The notes: generated by a model not told the origin, from the sequence alone. A DNA stretch of 64,000 bases from Marinicella sp. (GCA_965230295.1 OZ246001.1:1664001-1728000), one strand, 5' to 3'; shown: positions 1-10,136, numbered from the stretch's first letter. Made by a program: numbers and translations.

Positions 1-401
1 TACAAGGGTTCGGGCACCACCTCCTTGAGTCGTTTTCCATCGGGGTTTTTACGCACGCCTATGAACGCCGTTAACATGGAAAAACGTTTAAAAAAACCAA
101 TCTCTGCTTTGGCGCTGGGTGGCTGTAACAAAGCCTGTGAGTCTTTAATTGCTGCTTCAACCCAGGATGATTCCCACACCATTTTCTTGGGCAGTGGAGC
201 ATGGGTTCCTAAGATCCACAACACATGTTCACCGTCGGTTACTTTCCAAAACTCCGGCCCTGGCCGAACACCGACCACGACCATTTGATCAAGCTGTTCG
301 ACGACATCTGCCGATTGCGTCTGACCGGTGTTGATGGCCGAATACCCTATGAGCAATAGGATCGACAAAAAACAACTCTTGGTCTGATTCATGCCGGCCA
401 T
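1..401 (-). CDS. TraB/GumN family protein (runs off the window edge)
   Basis: Manual translation, not in the ORF track: MAGMNQTKSCFLSILLLIGYSAINTGQTQSADVVEQLDQMVVVGVRPGPEFWKVTDGEHVLWILGTHAPLPKKMVW...RKNPDGKRLKEVVPEPL. Signal peptide plus the PGPxxWKV...LWILGT motif. Start abuts the upstream stop; alternative ATG at 392. Confidence 0.75.
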   Translation of the reverse strand, partial: MAGMNQTKSCFLSILLLIGYSAINTGQTQSADVVEQLDQMVVVGVRPGPEFWKVTDGEHVLWILGTHAPLPKKMVWESSWVEAAIKDSQALLQPPSAKAEIGFFKRFSMLTAFIGVRKNPDGKRLKEVVPEPL

Positions 402-2504
402 TTATGACACCTGCTGCTTGTTGGCCGACAGTTTGACCGGCGTTCCATTGAATGCCGCATTACCGGTAAGCTCATCAATGCGGCTGTCATCCGTCAAGCT
501 GTTGATGCTGACACCCGGTTGTGCTGCCGCAACCCGCATGCCAGTGTTGTCGCGCCGACCCCACCCTTGTGGGATGCTCACCACCCCTGGCATCAAGTCA
601 GTGGTCAACTCTGCTTCAACAGTCACTTGGCCTGTGCTTGAGCTGATCTGAACCTGATCTCCATCTTCAACCCCTATTGGGGCCGCATCTATGGGGTTAA
701 TTTGAGCGGTGACTTGGTTTTTGCCCTTCACCAAACGGTGGGCGTTGTGGGTCCAGGTATTGTGATTGCGCACCAGGCGACGGCTGATCATTCGCATCGG
801 GAACTCGTCATTCGATTGGCTGTTGTGTTCAAGCAATCGAGGCAAGTCATCTAGGAACAGTTGGGGTGCCAAATGTATTTGGCCATCGGCGGTTTTGATC
901 CGGTGTTCGAAACAAGGCTGCAGGGGACCCAGGTCTATGCCGTGCGGGTTATCCAACAATTTCTGCAAACTCAAATCTGGATAAATACTGGCCTTTAACG
1001 CCATGTCCAAGATCATTTCAGGCGTACTGCCATCATCGGGCTGGCCTGTCAGGCTGGACGACAAGCCTTTAAGAATCTCCCAGTCATGTTTTTGGTCGGC
1101 CGTTTTTTCAAAAGTTGGGGTCGAATACTTCACTGTATTACTGACGGCAAAGCTGTTAAAAAACACATCATAATGCGCCACCTCCAAACCTGTGGTGGCC
1201 GGCAAGATGAGATCGGCATGGCGGGTGGTTTCATTCAGGTAAATGTCCACCGAGACCATGAACTCCAATTCAGCGAAGGCTTCATCCAAACGATCACCAT
1301 TGGGGGCAGACAACACGGGGTTTCCGGCGACAGTAATCAACGCTTTGACTTGTCCTTCGCCCGGTGTTTGAATTTCATCGGCCAGTGTGGCGACCGGAAA
1401 TTCACCGTTGTAAAAAGGCAGTCCTCTGACCCGCGAAGTATAGCGCCCATAGGAGTTGGGTTTGCCAGGTTGTACCCGCGCCAACAAATCAAAAGCCGGT
1501 TGTGGAAACATGGCACCACCGATCCGATCAAAATTTCCACTGATGATGTTCAACACCACAGTGGCCCATTGACACAGACCACCGAATGACTGTGTTGAAG
1601 CACCCATGCGACTGTAACAAACCGCTGATTCTGCCGTTGAAAAATCTTGAGCCAATTGTTCAATCTCTGCAGCAGACATTCCCACAGCATCAGCCACTAG
1701 GGCAGGGCTGAATGGCTCAACAGCACGGACCACATCGTCATAGCCTGTAATGTGGTCTGACAAATGCCGCAGATTCACTTGGTCTGTGGTGATCAGATGG
1801 TTAATCAGGGCCAATAAGAGCAATGCATCACTTTCCGGTTTAACAAAATAATGCCGGTCAGCCACTTTGGCGGTTTCGGTGCGGCGTGGATCCAACACCA
1901 CCACCTGGCCACCACGCTGTTGGATGGCTTTGAGACGTTTGGGCATGCCGGCACCAGTCATCATGCTGCCATTAGACACCATGGGGTTGGCACCGATGAT
2001 CAACATGAAATGGGTGCGGTTGATGTCAGGCACCGAAATCGCCATACCTGCACCAAACATGTAGTTGGCCGCCACATGATGGGGCAGTTGATCCGCTGAC
2101 GCAGAACTGTATCGACTGGTGCTGCCCACAGCTTTGAAAAACTGTGGCAGAAAAATGGCATTGCCTAAATTATGTGCGTTGGGGTTACCTAAATAAACAC
2201 CCACACTGTTGGGTCCATTGACCGCCTGTATGGCCCGCACTTTTTCTCCAATTAAGGCAAAGGCATCATCCCAGTTGATTGCTTGCCAACCATCTGCTGT
2301 TTTCTGTAATGGGGTTTTTAATCGATCCGGATCGTGGTAATAATCCTGCATCGCCACCGCCTTGGGACAGATATGGCCCAAGCTGAAAGGATCATCCTTA
2401 TCAGCCCTGATCGATAATATGTCTGTACCCTGGTGTCTGATTTCAATACCACACATGGCCTCACAGATGTTACAGGTGCGGTGGTGTGTTTGCACTTCGC
2501 TCAT
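402..2504 (-). CDS. molybdopterin-dependent oxidoreductase (DMSO reductase superfamily, uncharacterised subfamily)
   Basis: N-terminal CNICEAMC...C [4Fe-4S] motif; DPDRLKTPL, GANP, DPRRTETA and DIYLNETTRHAD motifs; C-terminal molybdopterin dinucleotide-binding domain; no Tat signal. Confidence 0.9.
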   Translation of the reverse strand: MSEVQTHHRTCNICEAMCGIEIRHQGTDILSIRADKDDPFSLGHICPKAVAMQDYYHDPDRLKTPLQKTADGWQAINWDDAFALIGEKVRAIQAVNGPNSVGVYLGNPNAHNLGNAIFLPQFFKAVGSTSRYSSASADQLPHHVAANYMFGAGMAISVPDINRTHFMLIIGANPMVSNGSMMTGAGMPKRLKAIQQRGGQVVVLDPRRTETAKVADRHYFVKPESDALLLLALINHLITTDQVNLRHLSDHITGYDDVVRAVEPFSPALVADAVGMSAAEIEQLAQDFSTAESAVCYSRMGASTQSFGGLCQWATVVLNIISGNFDRIGGAMFPQPAFDLLARVQPGKPNSYGRYTSRVRGLPFYNGEFPVATLADEIQTPGEGQVKALITVAGNPVLSAPNGDRLDEAFAELEFMVSVDIYLNETTRHADLILPATTGLEVAHYDVFFNSFAVSNTVKYSTPTFEKTADQKHDWEILKGLSSSLTGQPDDGSTPEMILDMALKASIYPDLSLQKLLDNPHGIDLGPLQPCFEHRIKTADGQIHLAPQLFLDDLPRLLEHNSQSNDEFPMRMISRRLVRNHNTWTHNAHRLVKGKNQVTAQINPIDAAPIGVEDGDQVQISSSTGQVTVEAELTTDLMPGVVSIPQGWGRRDNTGMRVAAAQPGVSINSLTDDSRIDELTGNAAFNGTPVKLSANKQQVS

Positions 2505-3409
2505 TGTGACACCTCCACCAACATCAGGTCTTCTGCCAGCAGCACATCACCCGCGTATTGCTTGTTAATGATCTCAACTGATTGTGCTTTGACCGGGTCA
2601 CTGCGGCGCATGAAGTGTGCCAACAGCAATTTTTTCGGGTTGGCCTTTCGGGCAATTTTACCAATCTCTGAAGGGGGCATATGTAACCTTCTCCCCACAC
2701 CCGTTGAGCCCTCTTGAATGACGTTGTTGGCCACCAATAAATCGGTGTCTTTGGCCAACACCTCCAGCGTTTTGTATGCGTTGCTCATGTCGCCAGAAAA
2801 TGTGATTGAACACACTCCTGTTTCTACTCGCCAAGCCACAGCACTGATGGGGCCGTGATTAACCGCGATGCTTTTGGCGGTGATGGTTTCACTGATTTTC
2901 TTTTCATGAATGCTGGCTTGTTCCAATGGTGCATTGAACGCTTTGATTTTGTAATAACTGCTTTTTTCTGGATTGAGGTAACTGTTGAGGTAACGGTAGG
3001 CACCTTCTGGACTGAACAGCTGATCTATATAGTCTGTGGTGTCTGGCATTTTGTGGTTGCCTGCCGGCCCCATCACGATCAAATCACGCTGTCGTTCGGT
3101 GAAATAAAAGGCTTTGATCAGAGTAGGTAAATCAGCACTGTGATCAACGTGCAAATGAGTCAACAAGATGGCATCCAAATCATTCAAGTCTGCACCAATT
3201 TTTTCAAACTGCTGGGCACTGCCGCCACCGGCATCCACCAAAACTTTGGCTTTACCTGCCACCCAAATCAAATGTGAAGAAGACACCCGACCATCAGTCA
3301 ACTCAGGGCCGCCTGAACCCAAAACCTGCAATTTGACGTTATTGTCTTGGCAGGAATTTGCCCAAACCAAGGCGGGAAATAACAAATATATAATCAACCA
3401 CTTCATCAT
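2501..3409 (-). CDS. exported MBL-fold metallo-hydrolase (RNase Z/arylsulfatase-like)
   Basis: Signal peptide; LGSGGP, DAGGG, THLHVDH and FSGD motifs; stop overlaps the next start (ATGA-type overlap). Confidence 0.85.
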   Translation of the reverse strand: MMKWLIIYLLFPALVWANSCQDNNVKLQVLGSGGPELTDGRVSSSHLIWVAGKAKVLVDAGGGSAQQFEKIGADLNDLDAILLTHLHVDHSADLPTLIKAFYFTERQRDLIVMGPAGNHKMPDTTDYIDQLFSPEGAYRYLNSYLNPEKSSYYKIKAFNAPLEQASIHEKKISETITAKSIAVNHGPISAVAWRVETGVCSITFSGDMSNAYKTLEVLAKDTDLLVANNVIQEGSTGVGRRLHMPPSEIGKIARKANPKKLLLAHFMRRSDPVKAQSVEIINKQYAGDVLLAEDLMLVEVSQ

Positions 3410-3532
3410 TTTTTTCTGTGCTTATTTCGATCCTTCACTTTATCACAAGCCATCGATAGAGAAAGTTAAATGAGGCTGGGTCTTTGCGCTTTACCCAGGC
3501 CTGGCCACACAACCTCCGTGTGCTGACCTTGG

Positions 3533-3739
3533 TTATTCATCTGCTGGTTTGTATCTGAACAGTTCATCGTGAATGCTTTGGGCTTTTTCAACAATCTCTT
3601 GAGGTGTTTTTTGCCAAACATCTGCCGTTGAACACAAACCAGCAGTGATGCGAATCATGGCCTCTTCACCAAGGCCAATGCCTTTCTTATGTATGCCGCC
3701 TATGCTTTGTGGGTGTACTGGATTACTTGGGTGTTGCAT
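3533..3739 (-). CDS. small hypothetical protein (68 aa)
   Basis: GGAG RBS 5 nt before ATG at 3739 (MQHPSNPVHP...); fills an otherwise empty intergenic space. Confidence 0.6.
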   Translation of the reverse strand: MQHPSNPVHPQSIGGIHKKGIGLGEEAMIRITAGLCSTADVWQKTPQEIVEKAQSIHDELFRYKPADE

Positions 3740-3904
3740 GCTGACTCCGTAAAAAGTGATCATGGATTTGTTAATACAGGCCATTTATTTTAACTGATTG
3801 GAGTTTTATAAAATGTGAAAGTGTGACAAACCAATGGCTCAAATTCTGGATACCCAAAACTTGGTATATAATCATGGTTGTGTGCTTACCAAACCCATTA
3901 AGCA

Positions 3905-5065
3905 ATGACCCTTACCAACATTGATTTAATCAACATCAGTCAATTCCTTATCAGCATAATGATGACTGTGGTGTTTCTACTGGCTTGGAAAATCATGGAG
4001 AAGAAGACCTATGTTTTGATGTGGGCTTTGTTTTATTTTTTTGCAGCAGTGAACGGGATATTGAATGCTGCCAATGACCTGTTTCCTAACCGTGGGTTGT
4101 ATTGGGTGGTGGTCAATGGATTCTCATTACTCACCCAAGTGCTGGCATTGGCTGGGTTTCGGATGCGAGCAGGTAGGCGGCCATTTCCCCCGACCATCCT
4201 TATCTATTTCATTGTGATCGAATTGTTGGTGATTTGGTTCACCTTCTTGATGCCACATATGGGGCTACGCATGGTATTCATCCCTGTATCAGGCGGGTTG
4301 GTGGTGATGGCCATTGCCTTTGAAATCAGCCGTACCGGCCGACCTTTACGGGTGGCAGAAAAAAGTGCCGTTGTGTTGTTTTTACTTTACGCCGTTGTGC
4401 AGTTCACCAGTGGGACACTGGCTTTGTTACAGGGTGCAGAGCGCAATGAACACTACCTGACACTTTATTCCCAAACCAATTTCCTCTTTATGCCTGCCTT
4501 TTTCGCTGGCTTGGGCCTATTCACTTTATTGATCTTAGTGGATGATTTGGCCAATAAAATGAAAATGCAGGCTGTTACTGATTACCTCACCGGATTGCTC
4601 AATCGTCGCGGCTTCAAGCAACAGGCCGATGCCTTGATTCAACAACATCGCAAAGGTGACAAACCCTTGGCTGTGATTGTTGCTGACATCGACCACTTCA
4701 AAAACATCAATGATCAATACGGTCACCAGATCGGCGATGAGGTGTTGCAATATGTATCCAATGGGATGCGGCAATTGCTGAAACCTCCTGCCGTAATGGG
4801 TCGAACCGGTGGTGAAGAATTTGCTGTCTTGTCACCTGTTACTGACATCGACGATGCCAAAAAACTGGCTGAATACCTGTGCCAGCAATTATCTGAACAA
4901 AGTCGCAACACCAACGCCAATCTCCACATCACCGGCAGTTTCGGCGTGGCCCTGGTGGAGAGCAGCCTAGAGCAAGCCATCATCCAAGCCGATCAAGCCA
5001 TGTATCAGGCCAAACACAACGGTCGCAATCAAGTGGTGGTGGGTGAGACAGCTGAAAATCGATAA
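3905..5065 (+). CDS. membrane-anchored diguanylate cyclase (GGDEF domain)
   Basis: About 7 N-terminal TM helices; DYLTGLLNRR, DIDHFKNINDQYGHQIGD, GGEEF and ADQAMYQAK motifs. Confidence 0.92.
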   Translation: MTLTNIDLINISQFLISIMMTVVFLLAWKIMEKKTYVLMWALFYFFAAVNGILNAANDLFPNRGLYWVVVNGFSLLTQVLALAGFRMRAGRRPFPPTILIYFIVIELLVIWFTFLMPHMGLRMVFIPVSGGLVVMAIAFEISRTGRPLRVAEKSAVVLFLLYAVVQFTSGTLALLQGAERNEHYLTLYSQTNFLFMPAFFAGLGLFTLLILVDDLANKMKMQAVTDYLTGLLNRRGFKQQADALIQQHRKGDKPLAVIVADIDHFKNINDQYGHQIGDEVLQYVSNGMRQLLKPPAVMGRTGGEEFAVLSPVTDIDDAKKLAEYLCQQLSEQSRNTNANLHITGSFGVALVESSLEQAIIQADQAMYQAKHNGRNQVVVGETAENR

Positions 5066-5182
5066 TGAGTTGCATCGAAAATTTCTCACATTGATTGATT
5101 ATCTTGACTCTTCAAGGTGGTATTCGTGTAATGACAAGCTCATTATATAAGAGTTAAGCTGTTGCAATACATTAATCAATTA

Positions 5183-5244
5183 GTCGAAAGAGTTCAATGC
5201 TCCGAAGGAAAAGTTGTTTTGGAACGTTGACTTCAGTCAACGTT
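5183..5244. repeat. REP pair upstream of RAYT (degenerate minus copy 5183-5203; plus copy 5221-5244)
   Basis: GG-AACGTTGACT-TC-AGTCAACGTT perfect hairpin. The minus copy GGAGCATTGAACTCTTTCGAC matches the downstream REP at 15/21. Confidence 0.7.
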
Positions 5245-5260
5245 AATTAAGGAGGGAACC

Positions 5261-5824
5261 TTGAGAAAAAATTCACACCATTACAACCAGATTAATGCCA
5301 TTCGGTTCATCACTTTCAGAACCCATGCCAGCATGGATAATTTCCTGTTTATGTTACAAGACTCAAACCTGGACGAATCACACAAACAGTATTCAATAGA
5401 CCAGTATATTGACCACTCACCCAATGGCTGTATATTGAACGACGAAATCATTGGTTTGGTTAAATTATTCTCTCGAAACCTAGACCCATACTTCTATCAT
5501 TTGTACTGTGTTTCGGTGATGCCCAACCATGTGCACTTGCTGTTCAAGCAACAACAGGACTTAGGCATCATTATGAAAAAGTTAAAAGGTGGTTTGGCCA
5601 ACCTCATCAACAAGCGACTCGGATTATCAGGAAAGCTGTGGCAAAAATCATACTTTGACAAAGCCATTCGAGACGATCAACATTTTCAGACCACATATCG
5701 ATACATAAAATACAATGCGATCAAAGCAGGTTTGACTGATGCCAATCACAGATTTTTTGGCATTTATGATAAGAAAGTCGACTGCCACCCAAGAGTTAAC
5801 TTCGTTGACCCCACTGTCGACTGA
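5261..5824 (+). mobile_element. REP-associated tyrosine transposase (RAYT/TnpA-REP; IS200/IS605-related Y1 HUH nuclease)
   Basis: FITFRT, VMPNHVHLL (HUH), LWQKSYFDKAIRD and YIKYNAIKAG (catalytic Tyr helix); GGAGG RBS before TTG; flanked by REP hairpins. Confidence 0.88.
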
Positions 5825-5878
5825 AGTCGACGCTCCGGTGAGAGGACTGATGGAGCGGTGACTTCAGTTCAGTCACCG
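5816..5878. repeat. REP pair downstream of RAYT (minus copy 5816-5836; plus copy 5852-5878)
   Basis: Minus: GGAGC-GTCGACT-TC-AGTCGAC. Plus: GGAG-CGGTGAC-TTCAGTTCA-GTCACCG. The copies are 15 bp apart and inverted. Confidence 0.8.
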
Positions 5879-5929
5879 TTTGCCTCAGGCACATGTGATA
5901 GCTCAGCTGTGTCTACTTGCACGCTGACA

Positions 5930-5957
5930 CAAACGGAGTGGAGAGCCGCTCCGTTTG
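5930..5957. terminator. hairpin/terminator downstream of glcB
   Basis: CAAACGGAGTGG-AGAG-CCGCTCCGTTTG between convergent genes. Confidence 0.6.
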
Positions 5958-5968
5958 ACCTGAATTTT

Positions 5969-8140
5969 TTAAGCTTTCGCCTTGAGCTTCAGTCGATAAG
6001 CATGAAGTAGTGGTTCGGTGTATCCTGATGGCTGTTCTTGGCCCTTGAACACCAAGTCCAAAGCCGCTCGATAAGCGGTGTTATTTTCTAATGTGTCGGC
6101 CATGGTTTGATAAGCCGGATCATGGGCGTTTTGTTGATCCACCACTTTGGCCATGCGGGCAAACGTGTCTTTGACTTGTTGTGCAGTACACACCCCATGG
6201 ACCAACCAATTACAGATGTGTTGACTGGAAATGCGCAATGTTGCACGGTCTTCCATCAAGCCCACATCGTTGATGTCTGGTACTTTCGAGCAACCCACAC
6301 CTTGGTCAACCCAACGCACCACATAGCCAAGGATACCTTGGGCGTTGTTGTCCAGTTCATGTTGGATCTGTTCAGCAGATAATGCTTGGATGTCATCACT
6401 GACTGGAATGGTCAGGATGTCGTTGATGTCTGCTCGGGGTCGTTCTTTAAGCTGATCTTGTACATCAAACACGTTGATCTGGTGGTAATGCATGACATGT
6501 AAAGTGGCGCCATTGGGCGAGGGCACCCAGGCACAGTTTGCCCCTGCTTCAGGGTGCTCGGTTTTAACGGTCATCATTTTGGCCATTTCATCAGGCATGG
6601 CCCACATGCCTTTACCAATTTGTGCTTTGCCAGTGAAACCACATTCAAGACCAATGTCTACGTTCCTGTTTTCATAAGCTGCAATCCATTTCATGGCTTT
6701 GATCTCGACTTTGGGCGCCATTGGTCCCAACAGCATGCTGGTGTGAATCTCATCACCGGTGCGATCAAGGAATCCGGTGTTGATGAACACAATGCGGTCC
6801 TTCACTTGACGAATGCATTCTTTGAGGTTGACTGTGGTGCGGCGCTCTTCGTCCATCACACCAATCTTGACGGTATTTCGGGGTAAGCCCAGCTCGTCTT
6901 CAACCCGGTTGAACAGCGTATTAGCGAAGGCTGCTTCCTCAGGTCCATGCATTTTGGGTTTAACGATGTAGACACTTCCTGTTCTGGTGTTTCTTAATGG
7001 GCCCAATTGTTGTAGATCATGCATCGCAATCAACACGCTGACCATGGCATCCATGATGCCTTCAGGAACTTCATGACCGCTTTGGTCAATGATCGCCGGG
7101 CTAGTCATTAAATGTCCTACATTGCGACAGAACAATAAACTGCGACCATGTAAGGTGAAGGGTTCTCCTTTAAGAGAGAGGAATGTTTTGTCTGCAGCAG
7201 CCATGCGTGTCATGGGTTGGCCTCCTTTCTCAAAAGTGTCTTTGAGGTCGCCACGCATCAAACCCAGCCAATTGCGATAAACGCCCACCTTGTCTTCTCC
7301 ATCAACCGCAGCCACTGAATCTTCAAAATCTTGGATGGTGGTGACGGCAGCTTCCAGGGTCAAGTCTTTAACGCCCGCCAAATCTGCTTTCCCAATGGCT
7401 GATTCAGCATCAACCTCAATGATGACATGCAAGTCATTGTGCTTCAGCAAAACCTGTGTGGGTGCCGATGCATCACCATTGAAGCCGACGCACAATGACG
7501 CATCCTTCAGTGTTGCAGCTTGTCCGCCTTCATCATCAACAACCAACCGGTTATCTTCAATTCGATACTGCGTGACTTGATGGTGGCTGCCTGATGACAA
7601 GGGGAAATGCTGATCCAAAAAGTCGCGACCATAATCAATGACTTTTTGGCCCCTGACCGGGTTATAAGCACCTGCTTTTTCAGCCCCTCCATCTTCACTG
7701 ATCACATCAGTACCATACAAGGCATCATATAAACTGCCCCAACGGGCGTTGGTGGCATTCAAGGCAAAGCGCGCATTGGAAGTGGGTACTACCAGTTGTG
7801 GCCCAGCTTGTTTGGCTATTTCATCATCAACGTTTTCGGTACCAATTTTGAAATCTTCGCCTTCATCAACCAAATAACCAATCGCCTTTAAATGATCAAC
7901 ATAAGCCGCTTGATCGAACCGTTCTCGGTGGTCATCAAGCCATTGGTCTAAATTCGCTTGCATACCTTCACGCTTTTGTAGGAGCTGTTGGTTTATTGGC
8001 GCCAAGTCATGAACCAATGCTGCAAAAGACTGCCAAAATTGATCATGGCTGATCTCAAGCTCCGACAGCACTTCTTGTTCAATAAAGTCAGCCAATAAGC
8101 GGTCTACTTGTAGGTCAGATTTTCTGCTGTAATCAGTCAT
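5969..8140 (-). CDS. glcB: malate synthase G
   Basis: 723 aa; [40 protein letters not shown] and [12 protein letters not shown] motifs. Confidence 0.97.
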   Translation of the reverse strand: MTDYSRKSDLQVDRLLADFIEQEVLSELEISHDQFWQSFAALVHDLAPINQQLLQKREGMQANLDQWLDDHRERFDQAAYVDHLKAIGYLVDEGEDFKIGTENVDDEIAKQAGPQLVVPTSNARFALNATNARWGSLYDALYGTDVISEDGGAEKAGAYNPVRGQKVIDYGRDFLDQHFPLSSGSHHQVTQYRIEDNRLVVDDEGGQAATLKDASLCVGFNGDASAPTQVLLKHNDLHVIIEVDAESAIGKADLAGVKDLTLEAAVTTIQDFEDSVAAVDGEDKVGVYRNWLGLMRGDLKDTFEKGGQPMTRMAAADKTFLSLKGEPFTLHGRSLLFCRNVGHLMTSPAIIDQSGHEVPEGIMDAMVSVLIAMHDLQQLGPLRNTRTGSVYIVKPKMHGPEEAAFANTLFNRVEDELGLPRNTVKIGVMDEERRTTVNLKECIRQVKDRIVFINTGFLDRTGDEIHTSMLLGPMAPKVEIKAMKWIAAYENRNVDIGLECGFTGKAQIGKGMWAMPDEMAKMMTVKTEHPEAGANCAWVPSPNGATLHVMHYHQINVFDVQDQLKERPRADINDILTIPVSDDIQALSAEQIQHELDNNAQGILGYVVRWVDQGVGCSKVPDINDVGLMEDRATLRISSQHICNWLVHGVCTAQQVKDTFARMAKVVDQQNAHDPAYQTMADTLENNTAYRAALDLVFKGQEQPSGYTEPLLHAYRLKLKAKA

Positions 8141-8324
8141 TTTGAGTCCTGTTTGGTGGGGGTTTTAAGACGAAACCTTGTTATTTTATAACAGCTTTTT
8201 AGACTAAAAACTCTAATTCAGGCATTTACTGGACAAAAACATGTAAAAAAAACTTTTTTTGAATTTTGGCCAAAAAAGGGTTTAAAAGTCGCGAAAATGC
8301 TCTTATCATGCAACAACGTGTTAT

Positions 8325-8340
8325 TCAAACGTTTGTTTGA
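8325..8340. promoter_or_regulatory. PsrA-like (TetR family) operator in the glcB/aceA divergent promoter
   Basis: Palindrome TCAAAC-GTTT-GTTTGA matches the CAAAC-N4-GTTTG PsrA consensus. Confidence 0.6.
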
Positions 8341-8412
8341 TCAACTTCGTTTATATTATTAATTTAACAACAACCGGTTCAGAACCGCAAAAAACTACCA
8401 GGACTTTTAGAT

Positions 8413-10008
8413 ATGTCAAATTACCAAACAGAAGTGAAATCAGCTGATGGCCTCATCAAAGAAAACCAATCGCCTTGGTCAGCCATTAACCCTGAATATG
8501 TCGCTCGAATGAAACTGCAAAATCGATTCAATACAGGTTTGGACATTGCCAAGTACACCGCATCCATCATGCGCAAAGACATGCAAGATTATGACCTTGA
8601 CTCTAGCAACTACACCCAGTCACTCGGTTGCTGGCACGGCTTCATAGGCCAACAAAAAATGATTGCGGTGAAAAAACACCATGGCACCACTGACAAACGC
8701 TATCTGTATTTATCTGGTTGGATGATTGCCGCATTGCGGTCCGAATTCGGTCCTTTGCCTGACCAATCCATGCACGAAAAAACCAGTGTTCCTGCCTTGA
8801 TCAAAGAGTTGTATGACTTCCTTAAACAGGCAGATGCCCGTGAGTTGCGTGGTTTATTCAAAGACCTGGATGATGCCAAGGCCGCAGGTGATGAAGTGAA
8901 AGCACAACGAGCACAAGAATCCATCGACAACTTCCAAACCCACGTGGTGCCGATCATTGCTGACATTGATGCCGGATTCGGTAACGAAGAAGCCACCTAC
9001 TTATTGGCCAAAAAAATGATTGAAGCGGGCGCTTGTGCCATTCAAATCGAAAACCAGGTTTCAGATGAAAAACAATGTGGTCACCAAGACGGTAAAGTGA
9101 CTGTGCCCCATGCAGACTTCCTGGCTAAAATCCGGGCTGTGCGCTATGCCTTTCTTGAGTTGGGTGTCGATGATGGTGTGATTGTCGCCCGAACAGATTC
9201 GTTGGGCGCTGGGTTGACCAAACAAATCGCTGTGACCAATGAACCTGGTGACTTGGGTGACCAATACAACGCCTATTTAGATTGCGATGAAATCAGTACT
9301 GAAGACTTGAACAACGGCGATGTGGTGATCAAACAAAATGGCAAGTTGGTTAAACCAAAACGCTTGGCCAGTGGCTTATTCCAGTTCAAACCAGGTACCG
9401 GTGAAGATCGCTGTGTTCTTGATTCAATCACCAGTTTACAAAACGGCGCTGATTTGCTGTGGATTGAAACAGCCACACCGCATGTTGGTCAAATAGGCGG
9501 CATGGTTGAACGTATCCGCAAAGTGATTCCAAACGCCAAGTTGGTCTATAACAATTCACCTTCCTTCAACTGGACCCTTAATTTCAGACAACAGGCATAT
9601 GATTTGATGCTTGAAGCTGGCGAAGACGTCAGTGCCTATGAACGCACAGAATTAATGGATGTTAAATACGATGACACCACTTTGGGCAAAAAGGCCGATG
9701 ACATGATTCAAGCATTCCAGCGCGATGGTTCACAACAGGCTGGTATTTTCCATCACTTGATCACCTTACCCACTTACCACACAGCGGCCTTGTCAACGGA
9801 TCAACTGGCCAAAGGTTATTATGGTGACCATGGCATGCTGGCTTATGTCACAGGCGTTCAGCGCAAAGAAATTCGTGAAGGCTTGGCCTGTGTTAAACAC
9901 CAGGACATGGCCGGTTCTAACATTGGTGATGACCACAAAGAATATTTCTCTGGCGATGCCGCCTTGAAAGCTTCAGGTGAAGACAACACCATGAACCAGT
10001 TTGACTGA
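8413..10008 (+). CDS. aceA: isocitrate lyase (Pseudomonas-type, ~530 aa)
   Basis: YLSGW, DIDAGFG, EKQCGHQDGK, VARTD and YNNSPSFNW motifs. Confidence 0.97.
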   Translation: MSNYQTEVKSADGLIKENQSPWSAINPEYVARMKLQNRFNTGLDIAKYTASIMRKDMQDYDLDSSNYTQSLGCWHGFIGQQKMIAVKKHHGTTDKRYLYLSGWMIAALRSEFGPLPDQSMHEKTSVPALIKELYDFLKQADARELRGLFKDLDDAKAAGDEVKAQRAQESIDNFQTHVVPIIADIDAGFGNEEATYLLAKKMIEAGACAIQIENQVSDEKQCGHQDGKVTVPHADFLAKIRAVRYAFLELGVDDGVIVARTDSLGAGLTKQIAVTNEPGDLGDQYNAYLDCDEISTEDLNNGDVVIKQNGKLVKPKRLASGLFQFKPGTGEDRCVLDSITSLQNGADLLWIETATPHVGQIGGMVERIRKVIPNAKLVYNNSPSFNWTLNFRQQAYDLMLEAGEDVSAYERTELMDVKYDDTTLGKKADDMIQAFQRDGSQQAGIFHHLITLPTYHTAALSTDQLAKGYYGDHGMLAYVTGVQRKEIREGLACVKHQDMAGSNIGDDHKEYFSGDAALKASGEDNTMNQFD

Positions 10009-10035
10009 CCAGGTTCTCTGAAAAAACGTTGACCC

Positions 10036-10063
10036 AAAGCCTCACTTCTGTGGGGCTTTTTTT
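10036..10063 (+). terminator. intrinsic terminator of aceA
   Basis: AAAGCCTCAC-TTCT-GTGGGGCTTT followed by a T-run. Confidence 0.8.
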
Positions 10064-10136
10064 CACTTCAAGATAACCAGTCAATTTTAGGTATAATGAC
10101 TGACACCATGCAAATCGATAACAATGGGTCAGGCCA

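Noticed and set aside
5261-5824. IS200/IS605 element with TnpB
   Set aside because: No tnpB downstream; motifs and flanking paired palindromes fit RAYT rather than IS200 TnpA.
5183-5878. Palindromic repeats as a CRISPR array or integron attC sites
   Set aside because: Copies are inverted pairs, not direct repeats with unique spacers; no cas or intI gene; the adjacent RAYT explains them.
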